From: Hyphochytrium catenoides
Taxonomy: Eukaryota > Protista > Hyphochytriomycota
Length of the DNA stretch: 64,000 bases
Assembly: GCA_900088475.1 (NCBI GenBank)
Contig: FLMG01002043.1
Coordinates: 7,928-71,927, forward strand
Reading direction: 5' to 3'
In this document: piece by piece, positions 26,301-38,619 of the stretch
Layout of the letters: every line of letters begins with the position of its first letter
How positions within the stretch are numbered: position 1 is the first letter of the stretch
Notes under the pieces: generated by a model
What the model was told of the DNA's origin: nothing
The model's database searches: none
The model's input: only the letters and a program-made list of their open reading frames with translations
Made by a program: the position numbers and the translations under genes

Positions 26301-29123
26301 GATCAAAGGAGGATGCTCTGGGATGGGGAGCAAGGACGAGCAGAGAAGCACGCATACTCGACTCTTTCTCTTCAGCTGGTCCTTCCTGCTATCTACTGAT
26401 GTTCCGAAGCAAAGGGGTGCCATTTACACCGTTCCCTATTGGCTTTGCTTCTTCCGGCATACTCCATTCATGTTTTCGTCTGCGTTGGACGCTCTATTGA
26501 AAGCCTCTCCTCTCCTGCTCTACTGGTTTACCCGTCAGGGCTGGTCCGACTCTTTGCTTTCACTTCGTCCGTGACTCTCTGGACTTGGCTGAGAAGCGGA
26601 CGACGGTGCAGATGCTCTGCAGTGAGAAAATTATGACGCTGTTGAAGACGGTTCTACCATCAGTACAGGTCCTTTAGCTACGAAGCAGGCATTGTCTTTT
26701 CTTCTCCTTCTACGTCGCATGGAGGGCACTTGCCATCTCTCTGAGCAATGCGTCTACCTTTTTGCCACCTATCCCCCATCCTGACATTCATGTCTCTTCA
26801 GTATATCTGGATAGGGCCAGTGTGTGCGAAGCAGAGACGTTCTCAACTTTTTCTTTGCCGTGACTGATAACTGTTTGCTTCCAGGGTCCGCTGGTTGAGA
26901 TGGCGACGCGGAAGGGTAGTGGACTGGTGCAGTTCCTGCAATCAGTCTTTGACTTTTGGGAGCTCGCTATAAATGTAGAAGGAGAGGGAAGAGGAGAAAA
27001 GGAGAAAAGAGAGGCAATAAGCAAAGCAGTGACGGACGTGCATACCAGACTATACACTCTCTTGCATAATCTGTTTGCCACAGATCCCGGTACGATAGGG
27101 TAGACAGAGACCCCAGAGACAGGCAAAAGCACATTGACTCTTAGTAGGCTTTGCGAGTTTTCATGTTTTCTCTTGCACCGCGCTATTATCTTTCTTTTGC
27201 TCTGTTCGGCTTGGCGTTTTCCCTCTGGCTTTAAGTCCAGCCTGGTACTTAGCTGAGGCATCAACGAGCCAAGAATAGGTCAGTAACTGTCCGTCTTCTC
27301 CAGGAGTCTGGAAGCGGGTGGCGCTTTGGTTCTTCGAGACGTATCAGAAGAATTTTATCAAGCTTGATATCCAGGTGAGGCGCTCATCCACTTGGTCTCT
27401 GTCACGCTGTACTATCGACCGCTTTTGCCCTGTTCCGCGGTCGGGCCGATATTTGTCCCGAATGGTCGCTGAGCTCAACTTTTACTCAGACCCTTCTGGC
27501 TCCTCTTCCACAATCGACGCAAGAAGAGATTTGGAGGGAGGCTGAACTTCTAGTGCGCTATAATGAGCTAAATATGAGAAGGCCTCCAGGTTTGACATAG
27601 GGAGCCTTTAGTCGTGGGGAGGCTGCAGGGGCGCCAGAGCTTAAGGTTCATTGGCAGGCCAGGATTGGGAAGTGGACGATACCCCGTTCCATTATTCTGA
27701 TGTTTCCCCTCCACAGGTACTTCAGACCTGCCAGAGCCGCTGATCGTCCATCTTCAGGAGCTCCAATCTTCATTCAATGCACTCCTTGCAACGGCGCGAG
27801 GGCCACAGGGGAAGAGCGGAAAGGAGAGGCTACGGAAGAAAAGCAGCAGATTCCTGCAATGTGAGTAAGAGGGCTGTCCACGTGCTTAGAAGGACACTTC
27901 ATTTTTTCATCCGCTTTCCGTACTCAAGCTTGTCCGGCGTTCTGAAATGTTCTCTCTCTCATCTCTTTTTAACTTTAGCACTGTCCGAGTCAGAACCAAA
28001 TGCGCGGTCTCTAGTGGTGAGCCAGCTGGAAGTAGTTTATGATGGAGACAGTACGGAGAGCTTACAAAGCAGAGGATTTACAAAGGTCAGTGTCGTTGTT
28101 TACACATCTTCCTCTGCGCCTACATCCTCGTGTATGTCCTTTTGTTTCTTTGCTATCTCTCTATCTTCAGTGCCGCCGGTAAGATCTTCCTTGCTCCGCT
28201 GTCTTTCTCTCCCTCCCACCTTCCTATCAACAGGTCGGGCACCTAAATCCAGGTGAAGGTGGAAAAGGGATCTATCTCTGGATTCGCAAGTCGCCAGCGT
28301 CTCTAGCTTCTCCGGCGTCTGCGCGGCAGAAGCCTGCGCCAGAAGAACGATTTTCAGAGCCACTCTCTGGTATCGCGCTGTCCACCTCTGACCAAGAGGA
28401 ACAGAAGCTTCGAAAGGAGGTCAGCTTACTTCCAAGTCATGAATCGCTAGTTGTTTTTGGTTTGGCTGTGACCCTCTGCCGCCGGTTTGTCGAGCTCACT
28501 TCGCTTGCTTTGCTTTTTGGGACCTCTCTTTTGCTCTTGAACAGGGCTACATTCAGATCCAGAAGCGACTCAACCGCGGGATGAGCCTTGGCGGGAGCCA
28601 TGTCTATTTATGGTTAGACCTTCTTAGCATCTGAGTGCCCTCTAGGGCTATGTACTCTGTGTCTATCTCTATTGACTGGTGCTCCAGTCTATTGGTTTAG
28701 TTTCCTTCGCTCGGCTGCTGCCCTTCCAAGTCCCGCCAACGGCCCTCGTTTTGTCTTGTCTCGACTTCCTTCCTCCTCAATCCAAAGCCTCATGTCTGTC
28801 GTCTGACCCCGGTGGTGTCTGAAGGTATAAGCGTGGCGGGTCGCCCCCAATCTCCGACTTGCTGCTGATGGAGACGGACCTGGACCTGGTGGAGACACCC
28901 CAAGGCTTCTACTACCCACTGAAGACGCATCAGAAGTTCAATATCTTTGCCAAGGTTTGTCCACCTTGCTTTCTCTTCTTTCTTCATATTTCCTCATAAA
29001 CTCTACATTGCCGTCCGAGCCTAGCAAACACTCAGTGTCGAACAATTGGCGTCTGACAAACTCGCTTTCCTGCTTGCGCTCTCTAAACCTCAGCAAACCC
29101 GCATCTGCTATGCCTTTCTATAA
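23324..29123 (+). CDS. Multi-exon protein: zinc ribbon + PXB + DUF3818 (yeast Ypr097w/Lec1-like) + C-terminal MABP-like beta-prism; start uncertain
   Basis: Manual splicing of GT-AG exons gives CVC-x14-CSVC; PXB-like LSTFG...VTSFPLF...LTKSTGKSLKRKL; DUF3818-like VPRKAIMQTVKMHFGGALINELVR|IIFVKPFNAKSVYERM and LYTLLHNLFATDP|GVWKRVALWF; and MABP-like GFTK|VGHLNPGEGGKGIYLWIRK, GYIQIQKRLNRGMSLGGSHVYLW|YKRGGSPPISDL...PQGF, FAK|QTRICYAFL* (TAA 29121-29123). Confidence 0.75.
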
Positions 29124-29336
29124 GCGAGGCTGACGGACAAAGCACCACTAGCTAGCAGCCGGACGTTGCTCCTACTCACTGTTATCTCTGTCACACCTGC
29201 TATACGGTTCTGTCCTTCCTTCCTACCTTCCTACATGCAAGTGTCTTAACTTGTAGGGCGTCTTTCCATTATCTCCGTCCCTTATGGGGCTGAATATATC
29301 AACGTATTCACGGCACTATGACATTATCCTTCCCAC

Positions 29337-32300
29337 TTATTCCTCTGGCACAAGCTTGTACTCTTGGGGCTTTGTCTTCCTCCTCCGATACAGCGCAGTG
29401 CCCAAGGTTCCGATAATCAGAACAGACGTCAGAATAGCGGCTGGGGCAAGAGAAGAAGAGACCAGCAATCAGAAAGAGGTCGTTTTGGAAAGCACATTTG
29501 AGTTCGATGACAGGCCTCCTACCTGCTATGAGAATGGCTGAGCCCGAGGACCCAGCCTCTCCCGGTCTCTGATAGTCAATAATCCAGGTCCGAATCTCCA
29601 TGGGCCGCAGGGTCACAGAAGACGATGAAGAACGAAGAGAGGATTTTTCCTCGCTTTCAGCGGACTGAGTCAACGTGTCAACCTCGGCACTGCAAGAGAG
29701 AGCACATATAAAGTCAGGTCTTTGGCAAAGGTGATGGTACTTCAATGTCACAGAGCTGTTTTTCGGAAGCTCACATGTCTCTAATTTCTCACTTTGCACC
29801 TCCGCCAACGGACTATAACTCTCTCATCCTTCACATGGACTCGCAAGCCCAGCGCTCTTAATCTAATAGAACGCGAAAGAGTCTGTTGCGTACCCTTCTA
29901 TCTTCCACTGGAGCCTATCCATTTTCTTCTTCGCTTTCAAAGTTGACAAAGTCATCTCCTCCGTGCTTTGAATGGATAAATGTTTGTCATTGAAGAGATC
30001 GTTCAGGTCCAGCTCCACATCCGTAGTGCCGTTGTTTAGGCTATGCCGTGCCTCATAGAGATGTGCAAGGCGAAGTAGAAGCTGCTTGTCTCCAAGCTGC
30101 TGGACAGTTAGCAGCTGAAGAGACGGAGGAAGAGGTCGCACCAGGAGAGAATGGTTGAAGGCGGTGGTATTGGCATCCAACTGGCGCAGTGACGCTAACA
30201 TATGGAGAGAGAAATAACAGCGGGGTTCGACAGCTTAGAGATTGGTGGGGGCAAAAAAAAAGGAACTACGACAAGAACAGACAAGTCAATCTAGTTCATA
30301 ACGTCAACAAGCGAAGAGCCAGGCGACAGCCAAGGTATGCGTAGTAAGCTTTAGCTGGGTACGGTTGACTAGCTAACGGAGCTATTCGGATGGCGCCCGG
30401 TAGGAGAGACATGGGAGAGGAGCGACATCAAAAGGACAGCATACCTGCGGAGGTGAACAACAGTTCAGGGTGGGCTTGGTGCTCCGCCTGCGCTATAGGA
30501 TAGGTCTCTTCCTCCCTCTCAATCCTGTCCAGCGTGATGCGATAACGACCCGTGACGACCAATCCGTGACAGTTAGGGTCACACACCGTCTCGTTCAGTG
30601 CTTCGGACACTCCTGATGAATGTTTAAAGGGCCCAAAGAGCGTGAGATATCGAGCATGACAACTGTCCGGATGGCAAAAGGTACGCACTGCACGAAGAAA
30701 TATGCAGGACACGGACAGGTATTCCGTCCTGACGCATGAAGAGCAACCTTGACAAACCAGAGAGGTGAGAGAAGCAAGGTCTACATCTATGACCTCTATC
30801 ATCATCGTGGAGCAGGCGTCGATGCGCCATGAGTTCGATCTCTCCGTCCCGCAAGCTTGCGCCGCCTTGAGCCCTGTCCGTCTGCGATGCGAGAGAGAGA
30901 GGGATGCAAAAGGTGGTGAGCACCGACTCACCATTTATACGAAAACATTAGGGATAGACTAGATCTCAGCATCCGTGGTCTGGCCACAAGACGGAAAGCA
31001 GAAGGAAAGCGCATGCAATCAAGAAGTGCAAGAAGGAAGACCAAAGCCGCACATGTATCGTAAATCTTCTGTTTGTGTTTGGGTCCTCAATGAAAGCGAG
31101 CGCCGTCACGGGGTAATAATTGCCAGCCACGGGATCAGTCACCTCCAAGGGCCAGGTGTCGCGAGCGTTTCTAGTGTGAAAGGAAGGGAGAAGCATAGAA
31201 GAAAGAGGAGAGAACGTTCAGACCACATTACAAAGCTCAGTCTGACATCCAGGGTGTCCCTTCTTTCACTGCCCTCCCCCTTCTTAACCGCTTCGCCCTC
31301 TTACCTCTTTCGCCTCAGCACGTCTCGTCCATTGCTGTCAGTGAACATTACGCCGTTGTTCTTGAGGTCTGTGTGCCAAAGGCTCACCACCTCCTTTCCT
31401 TTGCCGTCCCCTATTGGGATTGGGCCAACCGTCCACTCCACCTCAACATACGGGAGAGCAGAGTACAGTCGCACTGTTTGTTGGACAAGGGAACCGAATC
31501 GCTGTATGGAAGCAAGTCGGAGTGAGCTCAATCAAGAGGCAAATGGCAAGCTCACACGGGAGGCAGAACAAGAGGTGCTGTTCAATGGAAGAGGTAGCAA
31601 GCTGTTGCCTAACCTGGTGCATCTGCTGCACAACTTCTCCCTTCTCCACTTTCAGCTCAATATTTTGCCCCTCAGTGGCAGCAGGATGTGGCAGACAAGG
31701 AGGAACAGGCCCCTCGGGACAAGCTGGGCGGAAGATGTAGGCGCCACTAATGAAAAAAGGAGAGGGGGAGTGGGCTTAGCATTTGGCCTCCGTATCTCTT
31801 CATGCACTACAATGTCATTGCTTCTCGTTTCCAATGGCTTAAAGCTTCATGCTGATGCCTCTCGATTCTCAAAGCCAAGTTCCATAGGTTTAACGCATCT
31901 TACAGCGTCTGCAGCCACTCCTTTCTGGATCTCCCCTCTTGCTAGTACATTGGCGTGACTGGGCTCACCTTGCCTGTCCTCGGCGATGCTCAGTCTTCCC
32001 ATCGCTACTTATGTAGTATCCCCAGTCCTGTCGCAGCTCAGTACGCACGCCGCTAAGCTTATTTTCCAGTGAACCGATCAGGCCAGTCACAGGGCAGAAG
32101 CTCAAACGATAAAACTCATTCTCAATAGCAGAGGAGCTGCCTGCAAGATGGGGACCAAAGGAGAGATGAGTCGTGAGAAAGGCAACTGAGGCAGAAGCAG
32201 GGCTTTGTATCAGGCAACGCAGCTTTTTCAGGTGCAGTAAAGGTAGTCAGACACTTGAGAAAAGAGGAGATTGGTCAAAAGAAGGAAGAGAGAGACGGGA

Positions 32301-35300
32301 AAAGACTACCTCCACAATCAAGATCGGGGCCTGCATTGGCCTCTGCGGAGGGAGGCAGAGGCTCCTCATCGTCTTTCTCCTCTTGAACAACTGGATACCA
32401 GACCTGATTATCTGCAATCCAGGGAATTGGGGAGTCAAAATCATCGCTCTAATATGCGTCGACAGCACTACCAGTCTCGCCCTCTCTGGTCCCGCACACG
32501 ATATAGCGGAGTATTAGGGCTGCGATTCACTATCCTTTGGCTCATTCGCACACCAACCGGTTCCTCTCCTGGCACTCACCAGGCTGGGGCTTGATATCGA
32601 CATAGAATGTGCTATAGCCCGCTGCCGGCAATTCTGCAAGGAATACAAGTTCTGTTTTCTTCTTCTTGTGTCCTCCACTAACGACGTCCTGGTCCGATGC
32701 TACCTCGGGCTTTCTGGGGAGGACTGTGACCAGCTGGGAGGGGATGGAGCGGCCGAGATGATCCGTAACCACGTACTGCCCATGAAAGAAAGCAAAGTGA
32801 TCATTTTGATTGCGCAATATAGCTCAGGAGAATAGATAGCTTGAAACGGATGCGAACACGCTTGGGGAAAACCTTACCAGCTGGTTCTTACGCACTGGAA
32901 ATCGTATGGGTTGCGTCCGCACTTGGGCTAGCGGATTATAGGCAATGATTGCTATTGCCTCCACCGCTTCAGAGGTGAAGTCACACCTGTGAAGAGAAAA
33001 TGGCCTGGTTAGTTCCTTAGCCACTCTCAAAGATGGTTATTATTGCTGTCGCTGCCCATTCCCTTCAGTCCGTTTGAAGACACATCCTCGAGCACCTTGG
33101 CTACTACTCCTAACCTTGAACCGGTAATGCACCCTAGGGCCCGATACTTTGACCCTTAAACTTCTTATCTTACCGTGTCTCATTGAGGTACCAGCAGGAA
33201 GTGAACGTAATGTTACCCTTTCCATCAACCTTTTGACCATTGGCCTCAGGATTCAGCAAGTGAAGTAGACTATTTTTCATCACTTCTTCACAAAGCTCTC
33301 TTCCTTCATGCAGCCTCAAGGCGTAGTCCGCGCTTACGTGCTCCTTTTCGGTGCCACTCACGCCATCATGATGCTGTACCAGAGCCAACGCTTCCCAAAG
33401 TCGAGAAGAGGACAAGCCGCGAGACGCGAGAGGATGGGGGATCTACATGTCAGGAGAAGTAGTGTTATTGCCTTCTAAGGTTTGTTCATTTCGTCCACGC
33501 ACATGCACTTGAAAGCTGAGAATCTAACACGTGCACTCAAGGTGAACTAACCCTTTTGATGGTAAAACACACTTACCTGGGCCTCCATTTGCCTACAGGA
33601 CTGCAGCAGGGAGCTCATGCGGCGGACAAAGCCCTTCAATGAGGGCCGAGAGGTAAAATATCCAGTCCAAAAAGCGTGGCCGTCGTCCCCGCCAGACTTC
33701 TCGCGCCCATTTCGGCTGGAGGACGGATGGGCAAAACTTCCAGGATTGTCACAATAAGGGAAGAAGTCTCCCTTTTTCTCGGGCCATGCTGCGTCTGCTC
33801 GGTGCTTACTCTCCATGTACATGCGCGGCGTAGAGTAAAATGCGTTGATACGGCCGTCAAGGTTCACGTAGTGAATCAACTGCATAAGAACCGGGAATGC
33901 CCATAGTCGCCGTGAGCAAAAGCACGATAGTGGTAACTTGTGTGTGACAGGAGAGCCAGACCAACGAGGAAGAAAGACACCAAGATACCTAATACAAGCA
34001 GCAAGTCCTGCGAACTCTACATCCTAAGGGTGCACCGCTCTCTCTCACACGCTGCTTACCTTGTCAAGATTCTTGAAGTATCTGTCTGGCTCCTGATACT
34101 GGAAATCCGAGCCGAAGGTGAGCATTATGTTCCCATCTCTGGAAGCGTAATGCCCGCCCTGCTCCAAACAAGATGCCACAAACTGGTCAACCCTAGAAGA
34201 AGTAAAGGCTTATGAGCCACTGCCATGGAGTACAGGGCAGGTTTACCTAGCTTGTAGAGCGTAGAAGCAGTAGTGGGGTAAAGAGAGCCATATCAGGCAG
34301 GCAAGAAGTTCTTACTGACCTCTCCTTCACATTTACGTCCTTGAGACGGGGATCATCTTGAATCGGCGCATCCCCATCTAAGGCAGGGCAAGATCGAAGT
34401 AGCTCAGCCATAAACACCTATTCAAGACTAAGGCCATGCAAAGGCTAAGAAAGTGCTTACTGCCCCCATTATAAACGTCCCAGCCGAAGCCGCCTGGAGG
34501 ACCGTAAGTGCGCATGATTCCGCTAAAGATGTGTGCCGAGGCTCCAAGGCTATCGCTTGGACGCATAATAACCTGCATATCCACAAAAAAGAGAAGAGTA
34601 TGTCAGTTTGGAAAGAGAGAGACTCACAAGACTGTAAAAGAGAAACCTACTCCCTCTAAGTCGAAGAGTGTAGGCTTACCTCCAAGGTACGGTCTCTTTC
34701 TCTCTTACGCCTGTCCTGATAGTCAATTCGGCCCAGGAACCAGCCATCAAAACCCATCAAGGCATTGATTGTCGCTTGAAAGGATGAATGACCCTGCGAT
34801 GGGAGAAAAATGAAAGGCGAGACAGAAAAGGAGTTAGAAAAAACCTGAAAGACATAAGGAGTAAAGCTTCCGTACAAAAGGGTCAATCTGCCATCCCACT
34901 CGGGGCGCCGCGTCAGGCCCAAACTCATTCAATATGAAGCGATGTCCCAGAGTCTGCTGGTCAATCATGTCCACATAGTATGGAGCTGCCTCGTCATTCA
35001 TACACCTACCAGGGCAAAGCTCGTTAGTCCAACGGGAAAGAAGGGATTGGAGTTTGGCTGCGCCTAGGAAAGGGAGACTTGAAGGCAAGAGAGAGAGAGA
35101 AGATAACCATCTATGCCCAGCAAGTCCTTACCATCCGCCATTGATGAATTCCAGTTGGCCTCTCTTCACCAAGTCCCGCACCAGGCTCTTCATTTCATCT
35201 CCTTGCTGCACCCACCAGCGGTATAAGAAGGCCATCTCGACGTAGATAAATTTTCTGCTCCAGAAGATGGAAGTAAAAACTTATTAGCGTGAGCTTTAGC

Positions 35301-35996
35301 AAGGCACACCGCGCTGTGGAAAAGCCTGTATCACCGCCGCCATAGTAACCACGCCAGGACGGAGTAGCACGACATGAGAATGAGCGCAGTCAAGGTAATA
35401 CTAACCTGTCAGGATTGACAGTCAGCGCTCTCATGACGTTATCGAGAATGTACTGCACACCAGTATTCTCATCCTGATTGCGCGATCCTGCACAAGGAAA
35501 CATGTTAGGCTCGCTATAGAAGAGATGCTCAAAGTAAAAGGAAGAACTCTTGAGTAAATAAGAAGAAGCAGCAAGGTACCCAGGAGAGGAAGGTCATCTT
35601 TGTAGCGTCCTTACCTACTAGGTACTGGTCCACAGTCTTTAGCCATCCGACATCGTCGTGGGTATGAGGGACGATGTGAACGTTCAATTTCCCTTTCACC
35701 GGTCCCGAGCTGGTGTTATAGATCCCGGGGGTTAGCTTGTATCCGACTTTCTCTTCATAGCGCTTCTGAACAGCTTCCTTTTCCCTAAAGTCATAGTGAA
35801 AAATTTCCTCTGTTGCTGCACCGTCTTGGCTTTTTAGGAGAGCAGTATGCTGGTCTTTCTCGTAGGAGATGCCCTCAAACTGGTTGAAAGTCCATTCAAA
35901 GGCGGAAAACGCTTGTTGGTTCGATGATTGGAGAGACACGATTGTGGCTAGGATCAACAGGATCGAGCCCAAAAACGGAAGCATATATAAGGCCAT
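29337..35996 (-). CDS. Lysosomal-type alpha-mannosidase (GH38, MAN2B1-like), multi-exon, with predicted C-terminal TM anchor
   Basis: Signal peptide followed by [101 protein letters not shown] and LRPMEIRTW, in the expected order; the introns checked are GT-AG. The last intron (29441-29522) leads to TAA at 29337-29339. Confidence 0.95.
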
Positions 35997-38619
35997 GATG
36001 TCCCTTGTAGATGGCTGGCTTGGGGAGAGCCTCAAATTCTCGCCACTTATTGCTTCTCGCCCCTTATTGCTTCTCCAGTAAGGCGCGTTATCGGTGATCG
36101 TCAGATCTCCTGTGTGTTAGTTCTCTTCCTCTTGGGCCCTGCTGCTGCTTGGCTGGATGGTGCTGCTGTACCTGCTTAATGCAAGAAGTTTGACTCGCGT
36201 CTTCTTCCTTCTTTCTGCACTTCTCAAAGTCAGCATCAGAACAGCTTCCTCCTTGACAGCGCTGACGCCGTCGCGGCCTGGGTGCCTTGACACTTTCTCC
36301 AGAAGACGAGGAAGAAGAGCAACAAGAAGACTGCTGCTCCAGAAAGAAGCAAGCGACGCGAGGGGTTGAAGTTCATGACTCATGACGAAGATCCAAGATC
36401 CAAACATCCAGAGAAAGAGAAGAGAAAGATTCTTTTTTCCCGCTGTACCTTTTCACCCCTCTCTCCCTAATTATTGTCTTTCAGAGGAAAAAACCCGGGT
36501 CGTCGGCAATGGGACTCGGGTCGACAAAGTCGCCTGTGGCTTTCCCATACAAGTTGTGCTTTCTTCATAATAAGTTTATAACCGGCGACAACTATGGGTA
36601 GCCTACTTCCTATACAAGCAAAACACTAGACTATTCATTATTCACCTGCAACGGCACTACTAATAATAGAGAACTGTATCCTACAGTTGTTGCTATCTTC
36701 TATGATAGACCTACTACGTGGTACTCGCTTTCCCCCTGCAGTTTGGACTGGTAGTAGGCTTGTGGTGGGCTGAACCTGCACCTTCCCTCAGTAACGCTTG
36801 TATGTTGTTTTCTCTACACCGACATTCTCCAGTAACTAACCTAAAAGTCTACAGGAGGAGTACAAGTCGGCCTCCTCTTCTCCTAAAGAGGAAGAGAACT
36901 ACGTAATAAAACTGTAGTTAGCAGCATGATAGCCTGGTATCTCTTCCCTTCCTCTCTTTCGCTCTCCCACACTACTAGTTCTACTACTGTTGGAATTGGA
37001 GATACAGCTCATCCTCTTCTCGCTGTGACGGATGGTTAACGACAAAGAGATCCGGTAGATAACATCAGAGGATTCTAGCGATATCTTCATGGAGTAGTGT
37101 GCAGAGTGTCGTTTGATCTATGGAGTCTTGGTCTCGCCACCATCTGTTAGGACTTGAAGGTTTCAGACTTTGACATGCTACTTAAGCAGAGTAGGAGGAT
37201 AGGCAACAAGGATTCTGTTGTTATTAGCAAGAGCTGCCTCAACTCCTTAGCTGTGGCACTAGCGCACAAGCATTTGCCCTGGAAACAATAGAGCCAGAAC
37301 AACTTGTGAAGAGCCTTCCTTGGTTTGCAGAAGAGGTGGTGCACGTATCAGGTCAGCAGTCATAGTGATAGTAGAGCTTTCAGGAGAGAAGGCTTTCTCC
37401 CCCTTTCACCTCTCTTGTCAACAGGGCTCTTCCTTTGGTCTTGCTTTGTTGTCTCTACATGGTACATTTTCTAAGGTAGGTAGAACTTTATGTTAGGAAA
37501 AACCTATTCTTCTCCTTTCCTCTACATGCGAAGCATAATGAAAAGAGGAGGCTCTCAGTCTCGCTTTTCTCATCTCCGGAGAACACATTCTTATCGTGGA
37601 CTGACAGAAGCTGCTGTTGCGCTCAGCGAAGACTCACTTGCTCGTGTTGCAATCTCCACATTCACTAGAGCTCATATACTTTTCTCGTGACTAGTTCATC
37701 TTCCTCTGTGACATGATATCTCACAACTACTGCCCTATCCTCCCACCAGGCACTTTGTCACAGATGATACAGCACTGGGCAGCTACTGTTAGCTGTCAGC
37801 AGGTAGTAGTAGGGTGCAGCTCGGGGGTGGTGCTACTCACGGAACAAACTCGCTGTTAAGATCTAAAATCGCTGGGACAGAAGACAACTTAACAGGAGCC
37901 CGTTGTTGTTGGAGCCGCACCACGCCCTACTAGTAGAGCGTTGTGCTGCCAGTAGAGAGGCAGTACATGCAGAAGAAGAAGGAAGAATAGCTACTACTAG
38001 ACAGGAAGGTTAATGGTTAGACAAAAAACGTAGAGACGTCGTCGCGAAAGGGTCCTTCTACTCTTAGAGCTATTATCATTGTATAAAGTACGTCATCGTC
38101 AAAGATTTGCTTCTATGCGTGAAAGAGTAGCCTCTTCTTCTTGCGCACTGCTGGCCTCTCCAGAAGGCACGAGGACAGAGCGCCTCTGGCTGATGGATAG
38201 TACTACTCTGCAATGCTGACGGCCAACAAATCCTTACAATTTGCACCCCACCAGCTCCAGACTTCCTAAATAAGCAGCATTGCGTAGACGGGATTATGGA
38301 TAACAATTGTCGATCTCTTTTTCCCTCAAACTCTCTCTGAAGGAGAGTGGAAATAATAGTCAACGGCATCGAGCTTTAGCATTTATCGTCGAGAGAGCTT
38401 TGGAGGCAACAAGAGATCCTGCGGTATCGCTCACTCTTCTTACTAAATATCTATTATGTACGGGAACACTACTAGAACTATCTGGACTACTGTCGCTAAT
38501 TGAAATCTTGCAAGGAAGAGTCCCGCTGTCCTCTGGAAAAATGACCACTGATGGCTACGAGCCGGAAAAAAATAGCACAAGTAGCTGCCACTACGCGGTA
38601 GTAGTAGCAGAGCCTCCCA

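Noticed and set aside
30975-31958. 327-aa + strand ORF
   Set aside because: Antisense shadow across mannosidase exons and introns, with no protein-like features.
23470-35600. Introner-like or non-canonical introns
   Set aside because: The introns inspected are GT-AG and show no mutual similarity or terminal repeats.
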